Source: Naegleria gruberi
Taxonomy: Eukaryota
Reading direction: 5' to 3' (one strand)
Length of the DNA stretch: 64,000 nucleotides
Assembly: GCA_000004985.1 (NCBI GenBank)
Contig: GG738850.1
A program made the translations under genes and the position numbers. Of the stretch, positions 21,135-32,018 are shown in pieces. A model generated the notes under the pieces. It did not search any database. It was not told the origin of the DNA and saw nothing but the letters and a program-made list of their open reading frames with translations. How positions within the stretch are numbered: position 1 is the stretch's first letter; the number at the start of each line of letters is the position of its first letter.

Positions 21135-21572
21135 ATGAAAAGATTTATTTCAAATCTCTTGATTGCATTAACTTTGGCAATTTTGGCTCTCACATTGACT
21201 GCTGACAATGTCAATGCAGAACAACAAACAATGTCCTTGTACATTAAAAAGCACCACAAGAAAAATCAAAGAAAACTCAGAAAGGTATTGAAAAAGAACC
21301 ACAAGAGAAGAAACAATAGAAAGGTTCACAAGTATTTGGATTCCTACAAGCATAATAGAAAGGGAGCAGTTGCTCATGTGTTGGGTAATAATGGAAAGAA
21401 GAAAATTATCAGAAAGAAGATTGACATTTATGGAAAAAAGAAGAGAAGAAATAATAAGAGAAAAATCGACACCTACAAAAAGAAGAAGAACAATAGAAAG
21501 AATAGAAAGATGAGAAAGAACAAGAAAAGTGGAAAGAGAAACAAGAAAGTTGATCTCTACAAACGTAAATAG
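21135..21572 (+). CDS. secreted lysine/arginine-rich repeat protein (hypothetical)
   Basis: The internal ATG at 21135 gives a classic signal peptide (MKRFISNLLIALTLAILALTLTADNVNA). The mature part is extremely basic, with K/R/N-rich repeats containing (K/R)(I/V)D(I/T/L)Y units. ORF-track start at 21069. Confidence 0.45.
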   Translation: MKRFISNLLIALTLAILALTLTADNVNAEQQTMSLYIKKHHKKNQRKLRKVLKKNHKRRNNRKVHKYLDSYKHNRKGAVAHVLGNNGKKKIIRKKIDIYGKKKRRNNKRKIDTYKKKKNNRKNRKMRKNKKSGKRNKKVDLYKRK

Positions 21573-21718
21573 ATTTCTTTATATAGAAAAAGAATATTGT
21601 AAAGTTTGAAACAACAATTTTGTCAGATACGATATTTATCAATAAACTTGTGTGAGGAACAATTTGTGAAAAACGTAGTCTTAATAATTTCAATAATCGA
21701 ATACAAAATAAAAGGAAA

Positions 21719-21801
21719 TGCCAGCGGTGGGGTTCGAACCCACGAACCCATTCGGGATAAGATCTTAAGTCTTACGCATTTGACCACTCTGCTACGCGGG
21801 C
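21719..21801 (-). tRNA. tRNA-Leu (TAA)
   Basis: Minus strand GCCCGCG-TA-GCAGAGTGGTCAAATGC-G-TAAGA-CTTAAGA-TCTTA-long variable arm-GTGGGTTCGAACCCCAC-CGCTGGC-A. There is one C4:U69 mismatch in the acceptor stem. A T-rich terminator lies downstream. Confidence 0.8.
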
Positions 21802-21930
21802 TGGTGATCATTTTGAAAAATTTCTTATCTGGTGACTAAGGGAGGATGAATGACTTACTCTAATTGCAAAGTAATTGATTATTCAAAAGTAATTGATTAT
21901 TCAGCCATCTTTTGAAAATAAACACATTGT

Positions 21931-23160
21931 TTACTCGTCATTACATTCAATTATTATATCAGAATTATTCCTTGATTGGTATTGAGAAAAGATTTTGGCT
22001 TTGAACTGTTTTTCTCCCTTGCTTTCATTAAATTCTGGATCCAAACAGTAAAATGTAAAATGTCCTCCAGCAATAGGTTTGTTCACTTTGATCACTCCAT
22101 TATCTAGTACATGCTCTGTTTTGAATTTTTCATAAGTGGATCTGCTTTGAGTATCCCCAAGTCCTTTAAACAACTAATATACTTTCAATTCCCATGTAAA
22201 TTACTTACCTAATCCACCATAATTATTAAATCCACAACAGAAAATAGTCCCATCAGATAAAACTACAAATGATTGCTGATATCCAACTGTTAAATAATTA
22301 ATTTGAACATTATTCGGCACTGAAAATGTTGCCTTCACCCATTCAGTCTTATCTCCAACTGAACCATCACCTAGCTCTCCAACTGCATTCCATCTAGATG
22401 GAATTAAGATGAGTGTCAAATATATTTTAGGATCATTGAAAACTTACCCTACTCCAAATATTTCATTTTCTACAGTAACGGCAATGGTGTGAAAATAACC
22501 ACACTCTGCAAACTTTATAGGACTCTTGACAATGGTCTTATCTATCATGATAAATTCAGTTGGCGTAATCATCGGTGCTATGCCTAATTGACCGTAAGTA
22601 TTTGATCCTGTTGTATATAAATTTCCACTTTCCGATAATATTAAGGAATGAGAACTATTTCTATGGTTATAGAAACTGAAAATAAATAATTACCTTCCAA
22701 AACTGGCATGAGAAAATTTTGAATCCTTTGCTGTTGATACTTTTTTGAAAGCTTTTCCATAATTTTCACAAATATACAATTCAGAATTATGTGTGATAAG
22801 AGCAGTACCATCAAACTTGGAAATTAATTTTTTTACATGTTTAGGATTAATTTCTAACTCAAGTTTTTTGTATTCTCTGAATATTGACTTGTCAGTCATG
22901 ATTATGAACGAATGACCAGCAGCAATTTTTAGAACATTTCGATCATCAAGAGGTAGATTTTTAACAAGATCAGTATTCTCTACATCTTGCAACATGATCA
23001 ATTTGTTTTCCGAAGTGAATAAAAAAACCTTTGATGATCCAACAGCTACTTGTTTAATGAACAAAGTTCTGGAAAGAGTTAATTTGTTTAACAGTGACGA
23101 ATTGTTATATGTACTCGATGAAATAATATCTCCTGACAGGAAACAATTGTTGGTATTCAT
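21931..23160 (-). CDS. RCC1-repeat protein, four exons (23160..22694, 22654..22448, 22393..22209, 22163..21931)
   Basis: Minus-strand ORF pieces 22690..23160, 22201..22419 and 21931..22173, plus an unlisted piece, join through three short GTAA(G/T)T introns (39, 54 and 45 nt). Total length is 1092 nt in frame. Exons contain GxNxYGQLG signatures (GSNTYGQLG, NYGGLGLGD). Confidence 0.55.
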
Positions 23161-23296
23161 TTTTTTATCTTTGATATCGTATTGGAGGTGATATTATTAT
23201 CAAATATAATGTATTGATGATTATTAAATACAAGTATTATCAAGTAATTACATTTTGATTTATAGAATTTTTTGTTTTAAATTATTTATTGGTAAT

Positions 23297-23719
23297 TTAG
23301 ACAACGCATGAAGCAGATGAAGCAATACGTGGCCACATATCAGCACATTCCTTAGCAACTGGACCGGCAACAGCAGAACCCTTCATTTCACCCTTGTTGT
23401 TGACAATGACACCAGCATTATCTTCGAAGTAGATGAAAGTACCATCACGTCTTCTCCATGGCTTTCTTTGTCTAATAACGACAGCAGGCATGACCTTCTT
23501 TCTGAGTTCTGGCTTACCCTTCTTAACGGTAGCCATGACCATGTCACCGACACCAGCAGCTGGCAATCTGTTCAATCTACCTTGAGTTTGATTGACAGCA
23601 ATAACGTAAAGGTTCTTAGCACCACTGTTGTCAGCGCAGTTCATGACAGCAGCAGTTGGCAAAGCAGTAGAAATTCTGAACTTGTTACCAAGACCACCGG
23701 TAGCTCTCTTTGATGCCAT
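23297..23719 (-). CDS. RPL23: 60S ribosomal protein uL14 (Rpl23)
   Basis: The 140-aa product [38 protein letters not shown]...[56 protein letters not shown] is near-identical to eukaryotic uL14. Codon bias is strong (GGT, AGA, AAG, GCT). Confidence 0.9.
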   Translation of the reverse strand: MASKRATGGLGNKFRISTALPTAAVMNCADNSGAKNLYVIAVNQTQGRLNRLPAAGVGDMVMATVKKGKPELRKKVMPAVVIRQRKPWRRRDGTFIYFEDNAGVIVNNKGEMKGSAVAGPVAKECADMWPRIASSASCVV

Positions 23720-23785
23720 CTATTATTCAATGATGAAGAGTGGAAGACTTGCGTAAGAATAAAATGAGGATGAATGCAAACTTAC
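23720..23785 (-). other. candidate 66-nt 5'UTR intron abutting the RPL23 start codon
   Basis: Minus strand reads caaaAT|GTAAGTTTGCATTCATCC...GAATAATAG|ATGGCATCA. It has a canonical donor, and the acceptor TAG sits immediately before the ATG. Confidence 0.35.
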
Positions 23786-24060
23786 ATTTTGATATTTTTT
23801 TTCAACAAAACTTTAAATTTTTCGTGGTTTACTAGAAGAGTCAGAAGTTTACAACCAAATTTTTACCAAGCAAAAATAAATATTTTGCTGCTCAAACTTT
23901 TGCAACCAACAACTTGATATTGAAATTCAACACATTTGCAAAGATGTTTTATCTGAGTATCATTATATAACGTTGTTCTTCTTGTAGTCAACAACACGCA
24001 GATAACACGGAGAAGATTACTCTGCAAGTACTTCATCATCACCACACAACAATAAGAAAA

Positions 24061-24987
24061 ATGCCATTCAAGAACAACAAATCTTCTCTCTTGTTGGCTA
24101 CTCTCGTGTTCTGTCTTTTGATAATCAGTACGAGAATTGTTGAAGCCTCTTTGCAACATCAAAAAACATTTACCATCAAGGCTGGATTGGAAAATTATCA
24201 ATCAACAGTTAAATTGGACAATGTAGCTTGCTCTTTTAAATTCTCAACAATTGCTTGTTCGGAATTAAAGAAGAAGGAAGAACCAAAGAAGGAGGAAAAA
24301 ACAACTATAGTTTCTTATTCGGAGGCTATCAAGAGATTATCCAAAGCAACATGTCTTAACAAGGTGGAAGGTTATTGGACCTATTCTTATTGTTTGGAAG
24401 GAAAGATCAAACAAAATCATGGTGCTGAAGTTTATCAACTCGGAACCTTTTCCAAATACAATCAAGATAAAGGAATCTTTGATAATGGTGAGGAATGTGC
24501 CCTTTCAGGTGGTAAAAAAGTTAGAAGATCCACCGATGTAATTTACATGTGTGGTATGAGTACTGAAATTGTGAGCATTAGAGAACCTCAACAATGTAAA
24601 TATGAACTTATTGTGACAGATCCACAACTTTGTGGTAAGGATTCTCCATTCCCATCCTATCACCATGAGACAAGTACTTCATCCATTACTGAAACTTCAA
24701 TCTATGATCATTTTGAAATGAAAATTGAAAAGACTCTTTTCGATAATCAATATCTATGTACCGTACAATCAATTCTTAGAGATTTGAAATCAAAACCAAC
24801 CTCATGTTTCACCTATTTCTCAATGACCTTAGATGGAAAGGAAGATGAATCATCATTGACAGCTCGAGCAATGCATCATGGAAGAATTCCTTTCAAAAAC
24901 GAAGAACTCAAATACACAAAGAATGGAAAACAAGTTAAGACCACCAGCTCATTCGATGGTTCTCTTGATTACATTCAAGTGAAATAG
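24061..24987 (+). CDS. MRH (mannose-6-phosphate receptor homology) domain protein, OS-9/Yos9-like ER lectin
   Basis: Signal peptide (LLLATLVFCLLIISTRIVEA) followed by the MRH signature CLNKVEGYWTYSYCLEGKIKQNHG...YMCG...CKYELIVTDPQLC. Confidence 0.5.
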   Translation: MPFKNNKSSLLLATLVFCLLIISTRIVEASLQHQKTFTIKAGLENYQSTVKLDNVACSFKFSTIACSELKKKEEPKKEEKTTIVSYSEAIKRLSKATCLNKVEGYWTYSYCLEGKIKQNHGAEVYQLGTFSKYNQDKGIFDNGEECALSGGKKVRRSTDVIYMCGMSTEIVSIREPQQCKYELIVTDPQLCGKDSPFPSYHHETSTSSITETSIYDHFEMKIEKTLFDNQYLCTVQSILRDLKSKPTSCFTYFSMTLDGKEDESSLTARAMHHGRIPFKNEELKYTKNGKQVKTTSSFDGSLDYIQVK

Positions 24988-25092
24988 ATAATATTAAAAT
25001 TATATTGTAAATATCCAATTCCATTTCTTATTTCTGTTTTCTGTTCACACCATCGACTACACAAAGGCCAAAAGAAATCACCCATCCATTGA

Positions 25093-28000
25093 ATGTCGTC
25101 AAATTTAACCCCGCCATCAAAAACTTCAAAGACAATAAAAATGCCTGGCTTGGACGAACAACAATCATCATTAGCCTTGTCTGACTCGTCACTGACTGAA
25201 GTTGGTGCTTCATCGCATTCTCATCAATTGTCTGATGTGCCAAGAACCTCTTCGTTCGTATCATCAACATCCTACTCAAGTCATCATCCACAATTTCAAT
25301 TTGAACAACAATATGCTGAATATCAAGTAAAAATTGATCAACAATTTCCTTCCGTAAAGGATAGTGTTCTCTTTCCTGATGATTTGGTAAAGATTATAGA
25401 AACATCAAAACCTTCGAATGGATCAAGAGCTAATACTGTTGGAAGTATAAGTAATGTACCTCATCATATCAAGGAACAATTTAGATATTTCGAATCACCA
25501 CACATCTCCATTGATTATGCAAATCATGGCAAATTTGAAAAGGCTTCATTGGAAAAGCTCAAAGTAAGAAGCAAAGAACTCGAATATGAAGTGGATAAAA
25601 AAAAGCCAACTCATACTGTGTCATCATCAAGTATTGATGTTTCTGCTTCATCAGCAGAGGAAACTTCAACATCACCTTCAACTTCTGAAAATAATTTTAC
25701 AAAATTAATGAAAGAAACTGAGACAACACAACCAGAATCTGTGACACCAACAGAAAATTTACTTTACAATGTTGAAGATATTGTAGATAATATTGACAAA
25801 ACATCACAAAAGATTCACAGTAATGTTGCCTACATTAAGAATGCCAATCAAAAGTTAAACAAAACAATGTTCATGTATGATATGAGTACTCAATCAGTTG
25901 AATGGGATTGGAATGGAGGTGCAGAAGCTCAGATCTGTAAGAGAATGAGGGATAGGAAGGTTCCTCTCAAACACTCACCAATCATGATTGAATTGTTGGA
26001 TTTCATGCCAAAACTTTTTACTGAAAAATATGACTCTGAAAAAATTGAACCATTCTTCATTACATATTGTCTTGTGGATTTTAATACAAGAAAGAGAATA
26101 AGTGAAGAATTCCACTGTGATGTAAACCATCAATTATCAGATGAATCCCTAAGAAAGTTATTGACATCATCGGATCTTAATGTAAATTTATCAAAGAATA
26201 GAGCTATCTTCCAGGTCAGTGAAAGATCTCCTGACATTTCTTTGTATGTTAGAATTTACAAAATTATTCAAGGAGATGAAGATGATGCAGCAGAACCATA
26301 TGTTAGACCAGAAAAATGTAAAGATGCCAAGTCTAAATTTTTCAAGAATGTTCATGATAATGTTTTCAAGATGAGACCATTCTTACAACCTATGGCATAT
26401 TCCTTCCAACAAATGTTCAATGAAAATGAAGATCTTTGTCTCAATTCCGAAATTAGTCACTTCCTCAGAACAAAAGGTAATATGGGAGATGATCAATTTT
26501 TCAATATTTATTCTGGTTCTGCCACAACTCCATCAGATTCTTCACTTGGAGCATCTGGAACAAAGGGAAAGTTGAAGACCTTCCCAGCTAATATGAAACT
26601 GAGAGTCATTGAATTGAATTCTGATGACTATAATGAACTTAAGAACGAAATTGATCAAGTTGACTGTACTGTGGATATTGATGGAACCAAGTATGATTTG
26701 GCTGAAGAAAAGTTGAAGTGTCACCTTATCAGAGAAATTTCTTCTTCCAAGTTAAATTATTTCCATGAATATGATAATACACTGTACGTCTATCCTCAAA
26801 CAGTACAGATAGGTTCAAGAGGTCTTATTGGGACAAAATCAAAGAGTGTCAGTGTCAAAATAGAATTGAAGAATAATGACGATAATCTAGATGCACCAGG
26901 TCTACCACTTATCTTCAACAGATTCAATAAGGATAAGGATAGTAAGACAACACATGACTATTCAACTATAACATACCATGCTAAGCATCCAGAATTCAAT
27001 GATGAATTTAAAATTCAGTTGCCAACACACATAACTGACAAGCACCACTTGTTATTTACATTTGTACACGTTCCATGTAAGAATAAGGAAAGCGCTTCTG
27101 GAAAAGATGAGCTTCCATATAAAGCCAATATTGGAAACGTTCTTGGTTATAGTTTTGTCCCACTTTTGGACTTTACTACACCAAACAAACAAAGAAGAAA
27201 GACTATTGAAGATGATACCTCTTCCATGTCCTTCAATTTAGGAAAGTTGCTAAGTGGAGTTGAACAATTACCAATCTACCAAGAATTTAGTGAAAAGAAA
27301 GGTTATACAAGCGAAAGAGTTAAGGGTACAAGCAAATTAATGGAGAACGGTAAGCCACTCTTTACAGTCTCATTCCAACCTTTCAGTACAATTTACACTA
27401 CAGATAAGTCTCTTGCTCACTTCTTTGCTTCTCTTCCTCTGGTTATTAGTGACAATGAAGTTAGAGATTCTGTCATGATTGTACAACGTCACTCAACTAG
27501 TGAACCATCAGACTTGGTAGGCAGCAGTTCTGGTCTTGTTAGCTCACCTTCCATTATGAAGAATATTGCATCTGATGATTTATTTGATGGTGAAATGCCA
27601 GCCATTGGTACTAATAGTCCTCTCTTAAGAAGTAGTAATAGTGGAGCCTTGTTATCAAGTATGAATCCTGAAATGATGGTAATCAAATATCTTTCTGAAA
27701 TGTCTCATGTTCAAGTTAGAGATTTGGTTAACTTCCTTCCATCTATTTTCAATCAACTTTTAAGAACTATTTGTACTGGCATGTGTTATAACCACACAAT
27801 GAAGAATGCTCAATTCCAAGCATTCCAATTATTACTTGTAATAATAGATCGTGTAAACAGATATTATTTGGAAACTAGCAGTTCTAGGAATCAAGATGAA
27901 GAGAGAGTCTCATCTGATTCATCATCTGAGAGAAATAGGTTGATTAAGGATTATGTTGACAAAATTTTTGTTAACTTCCATCACTGTGACTCATTCGTAT

Positions 28001-31000
28001 TTATTGAGCTTATCAACCAATGGATTAATATGTTGGAAGATACCCAAATTAGAAGATCAAAGAAATCTGAACAAAGTAAACTGAGAATGGCTGCTTTGGA
28101 GAACAATGACGACAACGAAAGCAAAATGTCTCTCATGTACAGTTGGGTACTTTTTGATCTAATTATCAAGTCATTGACTCTTTATTTGAAAGAAAAGAAG
28201 CTCCTGAATACCTCTGATAGAAGTAAGATGTTTAGTGGAGGAAATGGAAGACTTGTAGAGTTCCAAAACTTACTTTTGAGATTGGTACGAATTATGGGTG
28301 TAGAAACAGCCTATAGAGCTGGTGCTGGATTCAACGTTGCTAAGATTCTCAATTCTAACTTTGCCCTCTTCTTGAGAGATTTGTTCAACATTATGGACAG
28401 AGGCATTGTTTTGGGCCATATTGAAGGCTACATGAACATCATTACTGATAGAGCTGGAACAGAAGGAAATGCCAATTATGAAGTTATTCAAGAATTTAGA
28501 AATACTTTCTTGGAAATTATTGTTGATTACGAATTCTATGTTAACATTTCTCTTCCATACTTTTACAAACCTGGCAGTAGCCATAATCCAAATGAGGATT
28601 GTGAAGTTATTACTGATGAGCAAAAACTGTGCACAAACCATTACTTGTGCGGTCTTTTGATGAAATGGTGTGTTGATGATCTTGCCAACAAGGAAAGAGT
28701 TGTCAGAAGTAGATCTATTTCTCTTATGAGAAACATCATTACTAAACATGAATACGACAAGAGATACCAAAACAAAGATGTACAAGTAGCTATTTCAAAC
28801 ATGTACTTCGCATACGTGCTCTTATTTATTGATATTTTCCACAAATTTAAGAAGGCCAGTGAATCTAAGTTAACTGAAATTAGAAACATTGTGAATAAGG
28901 CCAAGAATGATTTCCAACAAAAGTTGAACGAGTTAAGCAAGCAACAACAAGAACAACAAGATCAACCACAACCACAACAATTGAAAGACCTTGAAGATAG
29001 TGTACAAATTTCCAAAAAGCAATACAATGACACTTTGACACAATTCAAGGACGAGAAAGAAAGATCAAAGCTCGAAAAACAACAAGCTTTGATTACTGTT
29101 ATTTTCATTTTGTTTAATATGGACAGAGAACTCTTCTTGAAGTGGTTTGAAACAGAAAGTTTCAACAGAAAGAAGATTTTACTCCAAATTATTTACATGT
29201 CTGTACAAGTTTTCCAATATAGTGGTAGAAAGAAGATTGAAGAAAATCACAAACTTGGTATTGGTGCTCATACAAATACTGGAAAGTCTCTTAATGAAGC
29301 TAAATCCAGATTAGAAAACCTTTATACTTCACTCGATAGAAGAATTCCAAACAGACCAAATCCAAACACTGGCCGTCGTAACTTTAAGGACAGAATGAAC
29401 TTTACAACACAAAACAGATCTGTCAGAGGTGGACAAACAGGAAGCATTACTGAGTCATCTCTTGCAGCCCAAATTAACAAATCTGGAGGTGGTAGCATTT
29501 CTTCAAGATCTACCGTTTCTTCAACTAATTCAACTGGAACAACAAGAAGTAACATTCCATTCAAGGAAAGCGAGAAGAAGATCATTGATGATTTGGTTTT
29601 ATGGGAATCTAGATTGAATGTTGAAATTTCAAGTTGTATTCTCTCTTTAATGCTCGACATTTGCAAGAAATTCCAATTCAGTTCTATCATGGATTTGATT
29701 CTTAACTTGGAAATCAACAGAAAGAGAAACGAACTTGAAATATTCCATCACGTTTTCCATATTTTGATGTCCTTCTTCAAGACCAACCAAGCAGACTGCT
29801 CATTGATTGCTCTCTATCACCTTTTAAGAGTTTTTGTTAAAAAGTTCAGATCAACAATCTTCACCAGTAAGAATGCTGAATATATTGAAGTATTGTCAAA
29901 ACTTGTTCTCAGACAAAGTCAATCTGTCGTAGATAGAGTCAGAGCTGAAGCAACTGCATTGCTTTATTGGATGATCAAACAAAATTATCTCAGCGATGAA
30001 CTCTATAACTTTACTAGAACAAAGATTCAAACAACTGTTGCCTTGTCCTATTTGGCTTCTGAGTTTGAAAATGGTGTAAATATCCAACTTTTGAGAGAAA
30101 GTTTCCAAATTATTTCAGATTATGCTGCTGCTGATAAGTCTGTACCTCAACTCCCTCCTCAAGATGTTAAATCAAATCAACCAAAGGTATTCGAAATTAA
30201 GAAACCAAGTGCTGAGGAAGATGACAGTGCCTACAAGATGCCTTTCAGCCAACAAGTCAAACAACTTGTTGAGAGATTGAGAAAGACACTTCTTGATACT
30301 GTTCAAATCGAAGAGCTTAAGAAGAGAAAGGCTGATCAAGAAACTATGTGTGATTTATATCACCGAATTGCTGGAGGTTACAAACATGCTCCTGAACTCT
30401 CCGTGACATGGTATCACAATCTTGCACAAGAACATATCAAGCACGAGAGATATATCGAAGCAGCTGAGTGCTATGTCTATATTGCTGGCGTAGTATTTGA
30501 ATATTTGAAATTGAGACGTGATAAGGCTGTATGGGGTGGTCAATATGGTAGTGAGCAAAAGAAGGTTAACGAACTTTCTCAATACTTACTCAATATTTCA
30601 CCATATTTAAGAAGTGAAAACTTCTCAGAACTTAGAGCCTTGTTCCAAAGAAAACCTTCTGAAAATACTGAAGGACCTGTTGGACCTGAGTTTGAATCAC
30701 ACTACTTCAATAGAGATGGTATGGTTCAATTGATTTATAGCGCTATTCATTTCTGTAAGGAAGATGGCTACTATGAATACATGATTGAATTGCACAAATT
30801 ACTTTTGGGCTTGTTTGAAATTGAAGGTAACTTTGAAAGAATGAAGAGTGTTCACAACGAACTCAGTAATTTATATGCCAAGATTGCTGAACCAAAGACC
30901 AGATCAGCTCGTCTCTTTGGTGCCTACTATCGTATTTATTTTGTTGGACAATTATTCCCTGAAAATGTTCGGGAAAAGGAATTCGTTTACAAAATGCCAA

Positions 31001-31995
31001 AGACAACTCGTCTTAACAGTCTTATGACCTATCTTAAGGATCACTTCAGATTTGGCAAAGAACTCAAGATTATTGGTGATAGTCAAATTATTACTGACGC
31101 CATGAAGCAAGAGGATGAAGCCTATGTTCAAATTACTTCAGTGAAACCATACTATGATCCAACAGACGCAGTTGCCTATGAAATTTCCAACAGTGATAGA
31201 TACTTTAATGAAAATGTTAACATTTCCAAGTTCATTTTCGAAACACCATTCACTATGGCAGGTAAGAAATCTCACGGAAGCATTACAGAACAATGCAAGA
31301 GAAAGACTATCATCAAAACTAAGATTACCTTCCCATCTGTACTTAACAGAAGTGAAGTACTTTCAAAGGACCATACAGAATTGACACCAATTGAAAATTC
31401 TACTGAAATTGTTGAAATGTCAATTCAAAGACTTGCTACTGCTTGTTCAGGAGCTGATCAAGTTAATGCATCTGAAAAAGATGAAGGAAAGAACAAGCAA
31501 GTTTTCAGATTTGGTAGAATTTTAGATGATGACTTTGATGTTGACGAAGAGTTTGCTACTGACCAAACTGAAGCTACACCAGTCACTATTTTGCCAGTTG
31601 GTGACAACAATGTTACTCCAACTTCACCAAGTGATGATCTAGTGAATGTAGAAAAGAAGAAACAATCTGCTCCTATTGATGTCAGTCAACTTCACCTCGT
31701 CTTGACAGGTGTTGTCATTCCATCTGTGAATGAAGGTATTCCACACATTGTTAATTCATTCCTCCATCCTGATGAAGTTTCCAAATATGAACCACAATTT
31801 GTCAAGAACTTGAAGAAAGCTTGTGTTGAATTTTTAAGAAGCTGTTACAGAGCTATTCTTATCAGTAATGAATATTGCAGTGATGCCCAAAGACCATTGC
31901 ACAACAAATTCGAGGAAGGATATGTTACACTTATCTCAGTATTTGAAAAATGCATTGATATCCCAGAAGAAATTAGAGAAATTCGTAAGAATTAA
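25093..31995 (+). CDS. DCK1: DOCK-family (zizimin-type) guanine nucleotide exchange factor
   Basis: The 2300-aa uninterrupted ORF has a C2-like DHR-1 region and a C-terminal DHR-2 region (KPYYDPTDAVAYEISNSDRYF...KRKTIIKTKITFPSVLNRSEVL...TPIENSTEIVEMSIQRL). Q- and S-rich low-complexity inserts are present. Confidence 0.7.
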   Translation: MSSNLTPPSKTSKTIKMPGLDEQQSSLALSDSSLTEVGASSHSHQLSDVPRTSSFVSSTSYSSHHPQFQFEQQYAEYQVKIDQQFPSVKDSVLFPDDLVKIIETSKPSNGSRANTVGSISNVPHHIKEQFRYFESPHISIDYANHGKFEKASLEKLKVRSKELEYEVDKKKPTHTVSSSSIDVSASSAEETSTSPSTSENNFTKLMKETETTQPESVTPTENLLYNVEDIVDNIDKTSQKIHSNVAYIKNANQKLNKTMFMYDMSTQSVEWDWNGGAEAQICKRMRDRKVPLKHSPIMIELLDFMPKLFTEKYDSEKIEPFFITYCLVDFNTRKRISEEFHCDVNHQLSDESLRKLLTSSDLNVNLSKNRAIFQVSERSPDISLYVRIYKIIQGDEDDAAEPYVRPEKCKDAKSKFFKNVHDNVFKMRPFLQPMAYSFQQMFNENEDLCLNSEISHFLRTKGNMGDDQFFNIYSGSATTPSDSSLGASGTKGKLKTFPANMKLRVIELNSDDYNELKNEIDQVDCTVDIDGTKYDLAEEKLKCHLIREISSSKLNYFHEYDNTLYVYPQTVQIGSRGLIGTKSKSVSVKIELKNNDDNLDAPGLPLIFNRFNKDKDSKTTHDYSTITYHAKHPEFNDEFKIQLPTHITDKHHLLFTFVHVPCKNKESASGKDELPYKANIGNVLGYSFVPLLDFTTPNKQRRKTIEDDTSSMSFNLGKLLSGVEQLPIYQEFSEKKGYTSERVKGTSKLMENGKPLFTVSFQPFSTIYTTDKSLAHFFASLPLVISDNEVRDSVMIVQRHSTSEPSDLVGSSSGLVSSPSIMKNIASDDLFDGEMPAIGTNSPLLRSSNSGALLSSMNPEMMVIKYLSEMSHVQVRDLVNFLPSIFNQLLRTICTGMCYNHTMKNAQFQAFQLLLVIIDRVNRYYLETSSSRNQDEERVSSDSSSERNRLIKDYVDKIFVNFHHCDSFVFIELINQWINMLEDTQIRRSKKSEQSKLRMAALENNDDNESKMSLMYSWVLFDLIIKSLTLYLKEKKLLNTSDRSKMFSGGNGRLVEFQNLLLRLVRIMGVETAYRAGAGFNVAKILNSNFALFLRDLFNIMDRGIVLGHIEGYMNIITDRAGTEGNANYEVIQEFRNTFLEIIVDYEFYVNISLPYFYKPGSSHNPNEDCEVITDEQKLCTNHYLCGLLMKWCVDDLANKERVVRSRSISLMRNIITKHEYDKRYQNKDVQVAISNMYFAYVLLFIDIFHKFKKASESKLTEIRNIVNKAKNDFQQKLNELSKQQQEQQDQPQPQQLKDLEDSVQISKKQYNDTLTQFKDEKERSKLEKQQALITVIFILFNMDRELFLKWFETESFNRKKILLQIIYMSVQVFQYSGRKKIEENHKLGIGAHTNTGKSLNEAKSRLENLYTSLDRRIPNRPNPNTGRRNFKDRMNFTTQNRSVRGGQTGSITESSLAAQINKSGGGSISSRSTVSSTNSTGTTRSNIPFKESEKKIIDDLVLWESRLNVEISSCILSLMLDICKKFQFSSIMDLILNLEINRKRNELEIFHHVFHILMSFFKTNQADCSLIALYHLLRVFVKKFRSTIFTSKNAEYIEVLSKLVLRQSQSVVDRVRAEATALLYWMIKQNYLSDELYNFTRTKIQTTVALSYLASEFENGVNIQLLRESFQIISDYAAADKSVPQLPPQDVKSNQPKVFEIKKPSAEEDDSAYKMPFSQQVKQLVERLRKTLLDTVQIEELKKRKADQETMCDLYHRIAGGYKHAPELSVTWYHNLAQEHIKHERYIEAAECYVYIAGVVFEYLKLRRDKAVWGGQYGSEQKKVNELSQYLLNISPYLRSENFSELRALFQRKPSENTEGPVGPEFESHYFNRDGMVQLIYSAIHFCKEDGYYEYMIELHKLLLGLFEIEGNFERMKSVHNELSNLYAKIAEPKTRSARLFGAYYRIYFVGQLFPENVREKEFVYKMPKTTRLNSLMTYLKDHFRFGKELKIIGDSQIITDAMKQEDEAYVQITSVKPYYDPTDAVAYEISNSDRYFNENVNISKFIFETPFTMAGKKSHGSITEQCKRKTIIKTKITFPSVLNRSEVLSKDHTELTPIENSTEIVEMSIQRLATACSGADQVNASEKDEGKNKQVFRFGRILDDDFDVDEEFATDQTEATPVTILPVGDNNVTPTSPSDDLVNVEKKKQSAPIDVSQLHLVLTGVVIPSVNEGIPHIVNSFLHPDEVSKYEPQFVKNLKKACVEFLRSCYRAILISNEYCSDAQRPLHNKFEEGYVTLISVFEKCIDIPEEIREIRKN

Positions 31996-32018
31996 TTGTA
32001 TATTAAATTAGTATTATT

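Noticed and set aside
22676-22693. Apparent 18-nt in-frame intron (GTAATTATTTATTTTCAG), or TAA read-through implying a non-standard genetic code
   Set aside because: Eighteen nucleotides is below any plausible spliceosomal size for this genome. RPL23, SEC61 and others terminate at TAA with conserved C-termini, so the code is standard. Downstream AG acceptors at 33 or 39 nt give the same frame and a normal intron size.
25028-30582. Numerous 60-170-aa antisense ORFs inside the DOCK gene and other long genes (e.g. 25028..25291, 28270..28785, 29322..29717)
   Set aside because: These are AT-rich antisense frames within well-supported long ORFs. They have odd composition and no start context.
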